From the NCBI GenBank assembly GCA_043228905.1, contig JBHGNT010000006.1, positions 15,066,001 to 15,130,000 of the forward strand: a stretch of 64,000 bases of DNA, written 5' to 3'. Made by a program: the position numbers and the translations under genes. Below are positions 26,805 through 39,847 of this stretch, piece by piece; position 1 is the first letter of the stretch; each line of letters begins with the position of its first letter. Source of the DNA: Azolla caroliniana. Lineage: Eukaryota > Plantae > Polypodiophyta. The notes beneath the pieces are model-generated. The model saw only the letters and a program-made list of their open reading frames with translations. It did not search any database and had not been told where the DNA came from.

Positions 26805-27756
26805 CTGAAAAAAAGACCTCTACAATTTAATATATGTTGTTAGGGGGTAAGCCAAGTTTCACAAGACTATTAATTCCTTGAGAAGTTAATTGCACAATTA
26901 CACCTTAGAATTAAGATGTTTGCACTTCTGTAGAGTTCTAGGATGTGAATCCATAAATCTTGCAGTTCAATCACTCCTAGTAGTTTGTTATGCGAGAAGA
27001 TTCCTGATTGGAGTTAGGGCCAGAGTTCAATATCAGTTGGAAAAATGTTGCAGTTTGTCAAGGGCAATGCTACAGTTACAAATGGGTGTGAGATTCTTCA
27101 CACGAATAGTAGTGTACACCATATTTTACAGTACATATCTCATGCTGAAGAAACAGACCTATCATATGGAGGTGGATTTGGAACCTTATTTGGTAACTTG
27201 GGTAAGGAGAAAATGTTACATAAACAGTGATATATTTCCTTCTACATAACCAGAATTGATCAGAAATAAGGGTTTTCTTTTGTTGGAAAATGGTTTTCTA
27301 ATTTACAATTTTTAAATCAGATGTAGTTCACTTATCTGTGAATTTCTTTCAGAAATTGGTCCTTCTGATCAGATGTTTTAGATTTTTTTTTAAATTACAG
27401 TCTCCACATACTGCAGCATCAATTATCAAACGGAACCTGATTCATTGATAGTGAGACATAAACCATTGTGGCCACATTAACATGAATATTTGACGCAGCA
27501 AAAATGAATGGCATGAACAATGAGAAAGTAATCCGGATATATAATAATGAGCTACATGACGAAATTAAATGCCGAGGCCAGGGAATTGCATAATTGAGTT
27601 ATTTTCCATTTAAGTGGAATTTTCAATTACATCCTGAATCACACAATCCATAAATTTAAGCTACACAAACGTACTTGTTTATCAAACATTGCTGAAGTAT
27701 ACTTAAACATAACCAACTGTTAGGTTTTAGTGGTCATAAGATAAAAGTGGCATTAC

Positions 27757-28218
27757 CTCCAAAACCTCACCAACTAAGTCTTTGTTTTTAAGAACTTCCT
27801 TCATTCTGGCAGTTCGGGGATGGTGCATAAACATGGTACAATCCATGATTTGTAAACCTTGTTTATCACATGCTGATATCATCATATCAAGATCTTCTAC
27901 TGATAACGCCGGAGGCTTCTCCAATAATACATGTTTTTTCTTCTCAATGGCTTTCATCACCCATTCCATATGCAAAGACGTGGGAAGTGGAACATAGACT
28001 GCATCAATGAATTCATCATCAATAACACTTTGATAACTTCCATAAACTCTTGCTTCAGGTGGAAAGTTGTTTTCCTTCGCAAACTTTTGGGCCTTTTCTA
28101 ATGATCGGCTTCCTATAGCATAAAGGCATGAGCCTGGGGTCATTAGAATTGCTCTTGACATCTTCCTTGCAATGTTGGCACATCCCAAAATACCATATCG
28201 TACGAGCTCATCTTCCAT
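27757..28218 (-). CDS. Gfo/Idh/MocA-family oxidoreductase, coding exon 1 (spliced product 362 aa)
   Basis: ATG at 28218, Rossmann motif YGILGCANIA, DAVYVPLP, KHVLLEKP, donor GAG|GTAATG at 27757/27756. A probable 5'UTR-intron acceptor lies at 28265. Confidence 0.93.
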
Positions 28219-29019
28219 GTCTTCTTTTGATATTTGTAGCTTGTATACTTTATGCAATTCTCACCTGCCTTATGCCAAAATAAACATAAATTGTTATTTT
28301 GACCTCTTCATTCACGACCAATTTTCACAACCACCTTTTCTGTGAGTGGGAAAAGCATCCCCACATAATGATCTTAAATGGCTGAATAACTTCCATTGGA
28401 CAGTTTGAAGAAGAAAAAAATTGAAAGAACCAATTTAATAATACACATGACAATTAAAAGCATTCACAAATAATGATAATAAAGAGCTCAAGACTCACAT
28501 TGGACACGTTCAAAGATTGAAAGACCTAATTAGCAGCGTTGAGCTAAGATCTGATGGAGACAGGCAGGAGTATGTTGCTATTATTAGAATTGCCTTGACC
28601 ACATCCCAAAGTACCAATTGTGAAAAACACACACAGAAAATATCCTGCTGGGCAAACCCAAGGGCCAATGATCGAAATGGTATTTTCTGTGGAAGATGGA
28701 TGCCATTTCAGTCATCGATCTGTGTATTGCAATGCCTTGATCCCATTCAAAATGAGAAGATAAAAAATAAAACAAGGTCACAGAATCAGAGGTTATAAGA
28801 ACAGAAGGTGGCTGCAAGGATTTTGAGAAATGAAAAATATTACATCTACAACTCCGACGACTAGAAAATATTCAGCCTGTGATTGGAATATACACTAGTG
28901 GACAGAAAGCAACTCTGTGAGACGGCTCTAAAACCCAGTGTACGAGTTAAAAGTTAAAAACAGACTTGGGATTGATTATCACGCTCCCGACAACCAACGC
29001 CTCACAACAGACACCCCAA

Positions 29020-29148
29020 TCCCATGCATGCATGCATGCATGTATGCAAAATGATGACAATGGATGGATGGATGGATGGATGGATGGATGGATGGATGAA
29101 CCAATAGACAGACAGACAGACAGAGAGAGAGAGAGAGAGAGAGAGAGG
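29020..29148. repeat. Compound microsatellite (CATG)n-(GGAT)n-(AGAC)n-(AG)n, probably in the 5'UTR/promoter of the oxidoreductase gene
   Basis: Repeats seen directly. The UTR assignment is inference. Confidence 0.8.
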
Positions 29149-30419
29149 GCCACTTTCTAGTGGGTGAACTGACCGGTGAAGTCCATACAACATACATATA
29201 TCATATGGATGGCGGCATACACCATGCTGAACAAGAAAACAAGACTGTGTTCTGTTTGTTGGTTGTCACCTGGAATTCCATATTCTTCACAATATATGCG
29301 TTTGATCCAACATTATCCCAACAATACACAAGCAGGACCAACAACTCAAGTCCGTCCAAAAGGCCCTAGTTGATTGAGAGTACATTCCACCCGTAACACA
29401 CAATTTGTGCTATCTATGTATGTCATATATTATTTATTGGTTGATCACAATGGAAACCAGACTACTACGAGGAGGCTTCCATTTCCAAGAAGTTTTACCA
29501 GTTCCATCTATCTATCTATCTTCCATTACCAACTAACTGGCTTATAATTAATATAATGCAATCAATTTATTGATATGGTAATCCGAGTTCGAGGAACCTT
29601 CCATTTCCAAGTAGATTCACGTAATGTTGTCTCTTACAAAACGAATTGGAGCCTCATGATGCAATGATCTCGACATCAATTGCTGTGGAATGTTAGAATG
29701 ACAAGCTATACTGCGAATTATGACATTAATGCTTCCACTCACACTATCACATTCCCATTCATTCTCATATCCCAAAGTCTTCTTAGGCTCACTATCACAC
29801 GTATTAGCTTGGCTAACAAACTAATGATTTACATTTTGGGACATGGATCTATGTAGTATAGGCAGTGCATGTGTAGGAGTTAAGGTTTCGGCACATGAAA
29901 CGATTTTATATGGATATGTAAGGCAATCAATATATATATACGTATACTTAGATATTGACTACAGAGACAATGGCACGTTTGGGCTGGGGCCGCTCTGGCC
30001 TCTCTGGCCTTTGTAAAAAGCTCATTTGTAGTTTTGTTGGACACCGGAGAAGACAAAACACGCTTTGATAATTTGGAATGCTTAAAACTGCCCGGAATCA
30101 GAGCATGTGATAAGCATGAAAGGATAAATGGTCATAGCCATCCCAAACTCTGACTTGATTGGGTATAAAATTGTGGGAATGGGCATGCATTTTATATATA
30201 TACATACTTTGGGTGGGAGGGATGTCAATGTTTCCAACTTCAACCCTGAACCTTCCTTATATGTGAGGAGTGAGGCAAAACAATGGGAAGAATGTCCTGG
30301 AACCCAAAACAATGGGATGGGAATTTGTAGAGAATCTCCTACATAGCCGCCATATCATATATGTACATATGAATGTGTGGAAGTCCGAGTTATATTTATT
30401 ACATGTAGCTAGCTAGCTT

Positions 30420-30535
30420 ACAGATTGATTGATTGATTGATTGATTGAGGTCAAGGCAACTAACTTTCTTCACAGCCATAGCTCGACCGTCAGCAAGCAG
30501 CAGCACCATCATTACCATGTTCTCTCGGATACGTT

Positions 30536-30579
<44 letters not shown>

Positions 30580-30832
30580 GGGGTTGGAGGGCACTTACTT
30601 ACTATTTACAAATTACAGCACGAACGACGTCTCGCTGTTTCTCCGATCCTCCTCCTCCCACCTCCACCAACTAAACTAAGCCAACTTAACTTAACTAAAC
30701 TTATAACTTCAACTTACAAGAAGAAGAAGAAGAAGAAGAAGAAGAAGAAGCAAAAGGCAAGGGAGCTATCCATCCATCCCCTTCTCCCCCTCCTATATCC
30801 TTATCATCATCATCATCATCATCATCATCATC
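30420..30832. repeat. Microsatellite cluster (GATT)n, (AG)n, (AAG)n, (CAT)n typical of a plant promoter/5'UTR
   Basis: Seen directly. Confidence 0.85.
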
Positions 30833-30898
30833 GCTTTCTCATGTTTTCTTTTCTTTCCTTACTTCACAGTCCCTCCCAGTCCTCTCCCTTCCTTATTT

Positions 30899-30941
30899 AT
30901 GGAAAGGAAGCACGGATCGGTTGTTTCACTTTCACACTTGG
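30899..30941 (+). CDS. Possible short first coding exon (MERKHGSVVSLSHL) of a host gene continuing beyond the TE block
   Basis: ATG follows a CT/microsatellite-rich leader. G|GTAGGG donor-like site is followed by T-rich sequence. No recognisable homology. Confidence 0.3.
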
Positions 30942-31299
30942 GTAGGGTTTGGATTGATTATTGGTTTCTTGCTTTTGGACGACTTCCACTTCCACACTAT
31001 ACTCGCTCAACTCTTCTCTTCGCTTCTTCTGGGTGCAAGTTTCCACACTCATTTTCAACTCTATGCACATTTCAATTCTACATTGAGGTTTTCCGATTAT
31101 GCTCAATTGATGGTTGTCACACATTTCTGGCCCTTCACAGTCCTACTCTCGAACTAGACACATTATCACCAATGTCTTTTGAATTGTGATTTACTAATGC
31201 CTAGGTTTAAAGAGTTTATTCCCTTAACATGGCCAACTTTTTGAAGGCTTTAACTCCTCAAGTGTCCCACATTTGGTTTCTTTTCGAAGTAGAGCTCAT

Positions 31300-31502
31300 G
31301 TGGTGACGGTTTTGTAGATGTCCGATTTTGTAGGTAGACGGTTGTCTGGACCACTTCGGCCCTATAAAACTTCAGCATATGCTATTCCTCAAGCATTGCC
31401 CGTGCCGCCTCCTCTATAGTCCGATTCGACTACACTGTTCTGCTCCGGTGTATATCTGCAAGAGAATTCTTGTCGAATTCCTTCCTTCTGCAGATAACTC
31501 GA
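31300..31502 (-). pseudogene. copia integrase fragment
   Basis: EGIRQEFSCRYTPEQN, homologous to ~6600-6770. Confidence 0.8.
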
Positions 31503-32899
31503 TGTAAAGAAACTGATATGATTCTGTGCAGCAGAAGAGATATGTGTTATGTGTGTGTGTGTGTGTGCGTGTGTATGTGTGTAACAGAGAGGAAAGGAGA
31601 GAAACACAAGTTAGATTAGATAGAATAGAAAAATAGATTGCTCAAGAAGAAGATGTATATTAACAAGGAATATGAGATACAAAAATGTAGCATTACAAGG
31701 GAGGACAATTGACCCTCTATGAAGTAGGAGGGTGCTTTTTATAAGGTCACCCTCTCTCTTCATTAACTCACTACAACAATCACTCTCTCTTGGGGAATGT
31801 GGAGACTCATTAGTCATGGGGAATATAAAACTAATTAGTTGTGTCATAAAAGATGATGACACATAGTTAATGTGTAGAGAGTAGTGGTGTGACTTTTGAC
31901 CTTTGAGTGCTCATAGATTCTCAAAAGGGTGTGTTCACACACAAGGCTTGGTTGAGGTTGATTCTCAATACGCCCCCTCCAACTCAACTTGGTCGGCTCC
32001 TTTCGGTTGATGTCTACTTCGGCTGGTACCCGGTTTAGACGGTATTCGGTTCGGACAATACCCGATGTCCGCTTCAACTGGTACCTAGTTCGGACTATCC
32101 GGTTCTCTCTTGTACTACCCCTCAAGCTTGGCTCGAGCCATACAACTTTACATGCAGCCACAACTGCACCCCTGTATTCGGTCTCTGTGCTTGAAAGTGC
32201 AACAATCGGTTGCTTCTTGCTACTCCACAAAATCGCTCCGATGCCGAAGGAGAAAACAAATCCAGAGGTCAATCGTCGATCGACTTTGTACCCGGTCTAG
32301 TAAGCATTCGTGTACCCTTCGAGGCGAATTGGTGTGATCGATTCGTAGTGAATACCACAATCCATTCTGTCGCTCATGTATCGTAATACTCGCTTAGCGC
32401 AGTCCAAGTGAATGTCTCGTGGTTTTTGCATGAATTGGCTGAGGAGACCGGTCGGGCGGCTAAGGTCGAGTCGAGTGATCGTGAGATAGATGAGACCCCC
32501 GATCAATTGTCGATATTGAGTCGGCTCGCACTCTTCAGTGCCGAAGTCGGCATCAAGTTTGAGATTTCGATCAAGAGGGGTTGCAACCGATTTACACTCA
32601 GTCATCCCGAACTTGTACAACAAGTTAAGGATGTAATGTTGTTGGGAGATCATAATGCCGGTTAGAGTCTGAATTGCCTCGATGCCAAGGAAGTAATGGA
32701 GCTCCTTCATGTTCATCATCTCAAATTGACCTTGTTGATGTCGACTAGATTTTCATCTCCAATGACCAAATCACCTACATATAGAATGATGACAATCAAA
32801 CTTCCTGAATCGTTTCTTATGTAGAGGGAGTTGTCGGATTTTGACATTCAGAAGCCGATTCGATTAAGATATTGTGTTATCTTCGAATGCCAAGCACGT
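31503..32899 (-). mobile_element. 3' part of a copia (RT/RH remnant, PPT 31971-31980, 3' LTR 31503-31970)
   Basis: ELHYFLGIE and WSSKKQPIVALSSTETEY motifs. GGAGGGGGCG precedes the LTR start. The LTR ends ...TTTACA. Confidence 0.88.
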
Positions 32900-34989
32900 T
32901 GTCGCGAAGGATTCCGGCCATAAGAAGAAAACGAAGTCGGACGCACGTGAACGAGGGTGTGCACGAGTGCACAAAAAATTTATCTTTATGTACAAACATG
33001 TGTAAATAACATAGTACTAGTTGAGTGTTGAGGAATGCTAGGTAGAAGGGATTTGATAGGTACTTTAAGACCACACGGATGGAGAGGAATAAAGGGGATT
33101 GATGGGAAATTTTTTTGGGAGATCTCTAACAGAAATCGGTTGTCTTTATGTGCGATGTAACAACCTCCCCTTGTGCTATAAAAGGGGAGGTTTTGAACTG
33201 TTTTCTTTATCCATCGATTGGAGAACAAAGTGTTGTCGGTTTGAGTGCCGAGCTTTGTTGTTCCGTCTGTTCCTATTCTGTGTGGTTTATGCAAGAAGGT
33301 GGAGGCCTCTGCTCGCGTAGGACACCCGTGTACTCCCGGCCAGAGGTCCGTCATTCTGCATGTGTGTGAGTAGAGCTCGAGGCTCTGTCACCGGCCGTGT
33401 CCAGCTGTAATCTTTCCTGCTTTTCCTTTGCTAATCATTATTTTGCGGATCTTATCCTTGTATTCAAGCATTCCCTCATTGTCTCTGTTCATCTCACATT
33501 CATTGTGATCGAGCTCATGTGCTCGTCCGTTGAGATCCGACTGCTGATCCGGAACGACATACGCATCTGAGCTCGCGTGCTCAACGTCCAGCGTCAGGAG
33601 ACTGGTTCGGACTGGATACGTTGTCCAAATCGGACTCCGAAGAAGATATGATCCAGACACCACTCTGGATAAACTCTTCTCTCTCATCGGCTCCTTGGTT
33701 CGAGACCCTAGTGGTCCCACCCCGTTTCAACACATACTTGCAGATTTTCGCGACATCTTTGGTGAACCCAACGTGAAAAGGGGCGGCAAAGGAGTTCGAA
33801 AGTGAGGGGAAGTGAACTCGCTGAAGCAATGGCGGTGACCATTGATCGTCTGGTTAACGCGCATGAGAGCACCAGTTGCCTTGATAGGGTCGTGGAAACA
33901 ATAGTCGGTGTGACAGGCCGATTCAATGGAAAGGACGTCATGATCTACTTGGAAGCCTTCAAGGCTGAGATGCTGATGAGAGATGTCCCGCATGATAGAT
34001 GGTTGTTCGCGTTTTCCCGAGTAGTTAAGCCGAGCATCCACGTAGAGGTGCTTGAGATGCAGGCCGACTGCCAAAGTTGGGTGGAGTTCGAGGAGCGGTT
34101 CCTCAAAAGATACGGTTTCGATGACTCGCTCCAGTTATCGAAGAGGGAGCTGATGGAGTGGGTCGAGAGCCCTAGGAAGGGGAGGAACACATCAACTCTC
34201 CTCCACGAGTTTGAAAGATGATTCACGCAACTCTTGGTGCTGGACCGGACCGTGCTCGACATGAGCAAGGTCCTATTGTTTATCAAGTTGGTCGATCCAC
34301 TTGACCGAGAAAAGGTAGGTCTCTTATTGGAGACGAATGAAGGGCTCACAACTGATTGGGTCGTGGTGAAACGGGTTTGCAGCCGTTTCGACGGACGACG
34401 AGAATGGAATGACTCGGGGTCGTCGACGACCGGCCCGTGTACCGGGAAGAAGCTGGAGGAATCGATTGCAACATGGATAGAGAAGACAAGACGGTGGCTC
34501 GAGTTGGGGTCGGGTTCAGCCAATGGGGTCGATGGACCGGCTAGGTGTCATGAACACATGACCATTATGGCGTCACCCGGACTTGAACCTCGAACCTTGT
34601 AATCCATACTTGAAAACCTCAACCATTAAGATAGCTTATTGTTATATGAAACAATAAAAGCTACTTCTTGTATTACATTGATTATTGTAATACCTCTAGA
34701 TTATTCTAGAATGTTCTAGAATGTCCTAGAGCATTCTAGGTCTAGAACATTCTAGAAATCTCTAAGCTATTCTATAGGAACCTATAAATAAGGGCATACA
34801 TGTATTCTCAAATCAATTCGAATCAACACCAGTCTTTAGCTCTCATTACATATCTTGTATCCATTCTCTTTCTTTCTCTATCTTATACATCCATTCTTCT
34901 CTTAGTATTTCGTTCCTTTCTTCTCGTGTTCTCTAATATCCTTCTTCCATCACTCTATCTTTTATCCTTGGTTCTGACAGTTTGATTCA

Positions 34990-35032
<43 letters not shown>

Positions 35033-35057
35033 CCTCCTTTGTAACCATCCTGAAACC

Positions 35058-36191
35058 ATGGCTGCCATTAACTCAGAAGAATATCTCACCCTTGTTGCAG
35101 AAATGGAGAACCTTAAATCCAAATTCGCATCTCTTGAAGTAGAGAATCAATGTCTACTTGGGGATCTACAAAAGGTTACTATAGAGAAGCAACAACAACA
35201 AGAGGAGTTCACGCGACGAGTGCAACAGTTAGAGTCGACAATCATAATGTTACAACAACAAAGGGTTGAAGGTCAGGGACTTATCAAGGAGCCCAAAATT
35301 AGCCTCCCAGCTAAATTTGATGGGTCGAGGACGCATTTCCGAGGTTTCTTGAATCAAGTACGGTTGGTGATTCAAATGCATCCTACATGTTATCCAACAG
35401 ATGCATCACGAGTCGGGCTAGTGGGCACCTTATTGACTAGCATAGCGTTGTCGTGGTTTGCTCCATTGCTAGAGACCAATTCTCCTCTACTGAATAATTT
35501 CGAGGAATTTATCAAGGAATTTAAGGCTTGTTTCGGAGATATTGATGGGGCGAGAACAACTATCAACAAGATTCGTACACTTCGTCAAGGTGATCAACCA
35601 ACTTTGACATATGCTGCCAATTTCCGTCTCATCGCAAGCGATATTCCTTGGGATGAACAAGCCCCAATGGAGAAATTCCGTTCAGGCCTTCGTAGTGATG
35701 TCAAAGACTTACTTCTTACCTTCCCTGAGGATCCAAGGTCACTTACAGAAGCTATTAGTTGAGCAATATGGTGTGATAATCGCCTTTTTGAGCGTCGATG
35801 TGAGCGACAACAACAAATAACAAGATCAAGATTCACACCAACTTATGCATCAGTAACGACGCAATCATCCCCAAGGCAAATGTATAGCCCTGCTCCAACT
35901 CCAAGGCAAACATGTAGTCCAGTCCCAATGGATAGTCCTGCACCCATGGAGATCGATATGACTCAATGACGAGGACCGTTGTCAGACGAAGAGAAGCAAC
36001 GCGGAGGTCCAGGACATATAGCCATTCATTGCTCCTGTAGGCCGAGACATCAGGTAAATCAAATTCACTATGACAATAAAAATGAGTCCAACATTTTAGA
36101 AGCAGTTAGTGAATCTAATATTATGAATAATCCACCCTTGTCCAATAAATTTGAAGTCCTAAGCCAATTAGAAGAGGAGTCAAACGAATAA
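35058..36191 (+). pseudogene. Chromovirus gag with in-frame stops
   Basis: N-terminal coiled coil, EPKISLPAKFDG, LRQG, PMEID motif, partly deleted Zn knuckle. Confidence 0.9.
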
Positions 36192-39100
36192 GTCCGGCCA
36201 AAATAGGAGCCATTTGGTTGGACAACCCTAGATATGTACAACCTAGTGTGGGTTCCATTTCTTCCAAGAATGTTAGTAGAGTCTTCTCAACCCTAGTACA
36301 AGTTAGGACACCTAGTTGTCAACTTCAAGTCCAAGCCCTCTTAGATACTGGAGCCAATTCTTGTTTCATGGATAGAGATTTTGCCCAAAAACACCAAATA
36401 TCCTTGCATACACTTCCTTGTCCAGTTTCCGTAGTAGTGATTGATGGACACCCCATAGCTTCCAGGAAGATATTTGAAGAGTCTGAGCCAATACACATAC
36501 TCTTGGGTGATTTAGGATGTGTAGTTTCCTTTAACATAATCTGTAGTCCTGAGCATCCAATTGTCCTCGGTTTGCCATGGTTCGAGCTACATAACCCTAG
36601 AATCGATTGGAGGAAGCGAGAAATTAGGTGCCCTTTAGTAGAGAATATCATTGTCAAGGATCGAACTCGGGATTATCCTCCTAAAGTATATAGTTCTACC
36701 GATGCACCATATCCTTCTCATCAAATTTCAGCCATCACATTGCAACAATTGTGCCAAGTGGGAGGCAAGGAGGAGCTTTTCTTATTTGCAGTATCAGTGA
36801 CACCTTCTAGTGTCACTCAAGGGAATTCAGACATCCAAATTCCCAAAAAATATCAAGACTATGCTAATGTTTTTGACAAAGTCAAAGCTAGTGTTCTTCC
36901 AAAGCATCGGCCGTACGACTGTCCTATTGATCTCCAACCAGGAAAAGAGCCACCGTGGGGTCTGATTTACAATTTATCACCCACTGAGCTTGAGGTTCTT
37001 CGAGAATACATCGAGGAAAATCTTGCACATGGGTTTATTCGACATTCAAAGTCTCCAGCTGGTGCTCCTATCTTTTTTGTGAAGAAAAAGGATGGCTCCC
37101 TTCGTTTGGTCGTGGACTATCAAGGCTTAAATAAAGTCACCATAAGGAATAAGTATGCTTTACCTTTAATCTCCAATCTCTTAGAACGCATTGGTGGGGC
37201 AAAGCATTTTACCAACATTGATCTAAGGGGTGCATATAATCTTGTTCGAATTCGGCCGGGAGATGAGTGGAAAACAACATTTCGTACTCGGTATGGTCAT
37301 TTCGAGTATACAGTCATGCCTTTCGGGCTCACAAATGCACCTGCAGTATTCCAACATATGGCAAATGACATCTTCCGGGATTTCTTGGATATTTTTCTAA
37401 TCATCTACCTAGATGATCTATTGATTTACTCTAAAACACAGGGGGAGCATGATATACATGTGCGGCAAGTACTTGAACGCCTAAGGAAGTATGGTCTTTA
37501 TGCCAAACTTGATAAATGCAGTTTTGATTGCAAACAAGTCGAATTTTTGGGATACACTATTTCATCCCAGGGTGTTTTCATGGACTTGGCAAAAGTCCAA
37601 ACAATATTGGAATGGAAACCCCCATGCTCAGTTCGGGATGTCCAGTGTTTCCTCGGATTTGCGAACTTCTATCGCAAATTCATACATAATTATTCAAGCA
37701 TTGTGTTGCCCCTTACTCAACTCACCAAGAAAAATCAAGCATTTTTTTGGAGTATCGAAGCGGACAAGGCTTTTACGCAGCTGAAAGAGGCATTCACATC
37801 AGCACCCATCCTAGCACATATTGATCCTGAAAAGCCATTTACTATTGAGGCAGATGCATTGGACTTTGCATTGGGGAGTATCCTATCGCAACCAGGCGAG
37901 GACGGGCAGACACATCCAGTCGCGTTTCACTCGAGAAAATTTACTGTTTCGGAGATAAACTATGAGGTGCATGACAAGGAGTTACTAGCTGTGGTCGACT
38001 CATTCAAGCAATGGCGTCATTTTCTAGAAGGATCACCTCATCAAATTATCATTTATAGTGATCACAAAAATCTCACATATTTTCAAACATCTCGAGTATT
38101 AAATAGACGCCAAGCTCAGTGGGCCCAATTTCTAACGCGTTTTGATTTCAAGATCATTTTTCACCCCGGAAAACAACAAGGGAAAACAGATGCTTTGTCT
38201 TGGCATTCGTATCTAGCACTTCGACCTGGAGATCCGTCCTTTGACAATCAAAAGAAAATTCTCCTCGGGCCATCAAAGCTACAGGTAACAACAATTTATG
38301 CCATGCCACTTGATTCTACCCTTCTTGACACTATTCGGCAACAACTTCATTCAGATGATTTCGCTAAGGATGTCTTAGCCCACTGTGGTTCAAGTCGTCC
38401 ATCTTGCTCCACATTGCTAGGGTCATCTCAACATTATCAGGACTTCAAGTGGCAAGATGGCTTACTCTTCTACAAGAATCTCCTTTACGTCCCCGACGGA
38501 TCACCCCGACTTCAAGTGTTGGAACATTGTCATGATGCCCCCATGGCTGGACATTTTGGTATTTCCAAGACCATTGAGCTAGTGAAACGTTCGTTTTGGT
38601 GGCCTCACTTGTAAAAATTTGTCGAAGATTATGTTCGCACTTGTGACACTTGATGTCGCGCCAAAATACCTCGGCATCACCCTTATGGCTTACTACAACA
38701 ATTACCCCCTCCCAACAAGCCATGACAGTCTATTTCTATGGATTTCATTACGGATCTGCCACCTTCCAAAGGCTTTGATACTATTTTAACAGTAGTGGAT
38801 CGGTTCACCAAGATGGTACATTTTGTACCCTGTGTAAAGACCATCAATAGTGAAGAAACTGCAGATCTCATTATGCGTGAAGTGTTTCGCCATCATGGTC
38901 TCCCGAATGATATTATTAGCGATCGAGGTCCTCAATTTATCTCACACTTTTGGAAGCACCTATGGGCAGGCCTCAAAATCTCTTGCAAACTCTCTTCGGC
39001 TTATTATCCACAAACTGACGGACAAACAGAGCGCACAAATCAAACGCTCGAGCAATATCTTCGATGTTTCATTAGTTATCAACAAGATGATTGGAGTAAT

Positions 39101-39847
39101 ATTTTACATCTTGCCGAGTTTGCATACAACAACACGGTCCACTCTTCTACCAAAGTTACACCTTTCTTTGCCTACACTGGCAACCACCCTCGATGGTGTA
39201 TACTGGATCTTCCCGAGGTGTCACGAAACCCTAGTGTGGTGCATCACCTCCACCGACTACAACAAATCCAGTTTGAGTTATCATCACATCTTCAGAAAGT
39301 GCAAGCACACCATAAGACCAATGCCGATCGACATCGTCTTAAGTCTCCGTTTAAGGTTGGTGACCGTGTATGGTTGCATCGTCGTCACATCAAGACTACC
39401 CGATCGTGTGCTAAGCTTGACTATCAACGCTTAGGTCCTTTTGTCATCACGACGCAGATTAATTATGCAACATTTCGTCTTAACCTTCCTGCACATATGC
39501 GGCTTCACCCTGTCTTTCATAGCTCTCTTTTGGAACCTTGCCACACCTCTTTAATTCCTAATCGTGTCGTGCCACCACCGCCTTCTGTACAACTTGTGAA
39601 CGGCCCCGAATATGAGGTAGCTGCTATTCTCGATTCTAAGATTGTGCGCAATAAGCTTTATTATCTAGTTGATTGGCTTGGCTATCCTCCGAGTCATCGC
39701 ACTTGGGAACCCATTGATAATGTTTGTAATGCTGAAGCTCTGGTCAACGACTTCCATCGTCACTATCCAAACAAGCCCGGCCCAACAATGTTAACGCCGA
39801 CTTCCACTCGGCGTTCTCAAAGGAGGGATAGTGTCATGAACACATGA
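36182..39847 (+). pseudogene. Chromovirus pol PR-RT-RH-INT-chromodomain in the -1 frame relative to gag; stops at ~38612-38725
   Basis: LLDTGA protease, YLDD, integrase SDRGPQF/PQTDGQTER, chromodomain EYEVAAIL...YYLVDWLGY...TWEP. Confidence 0.95.

Noticed and set aside
28947-29197. Overlapping ORFs with SLSL/HPSI/WMDG repeats
   Set aside because: Microsatellite translations.
34568-34636. Functional tRNA gene
   Set aside because: The acceptor and T stems do not pair and the 3' segment is 3 nt short. It is kept only as a tRNA-like module.
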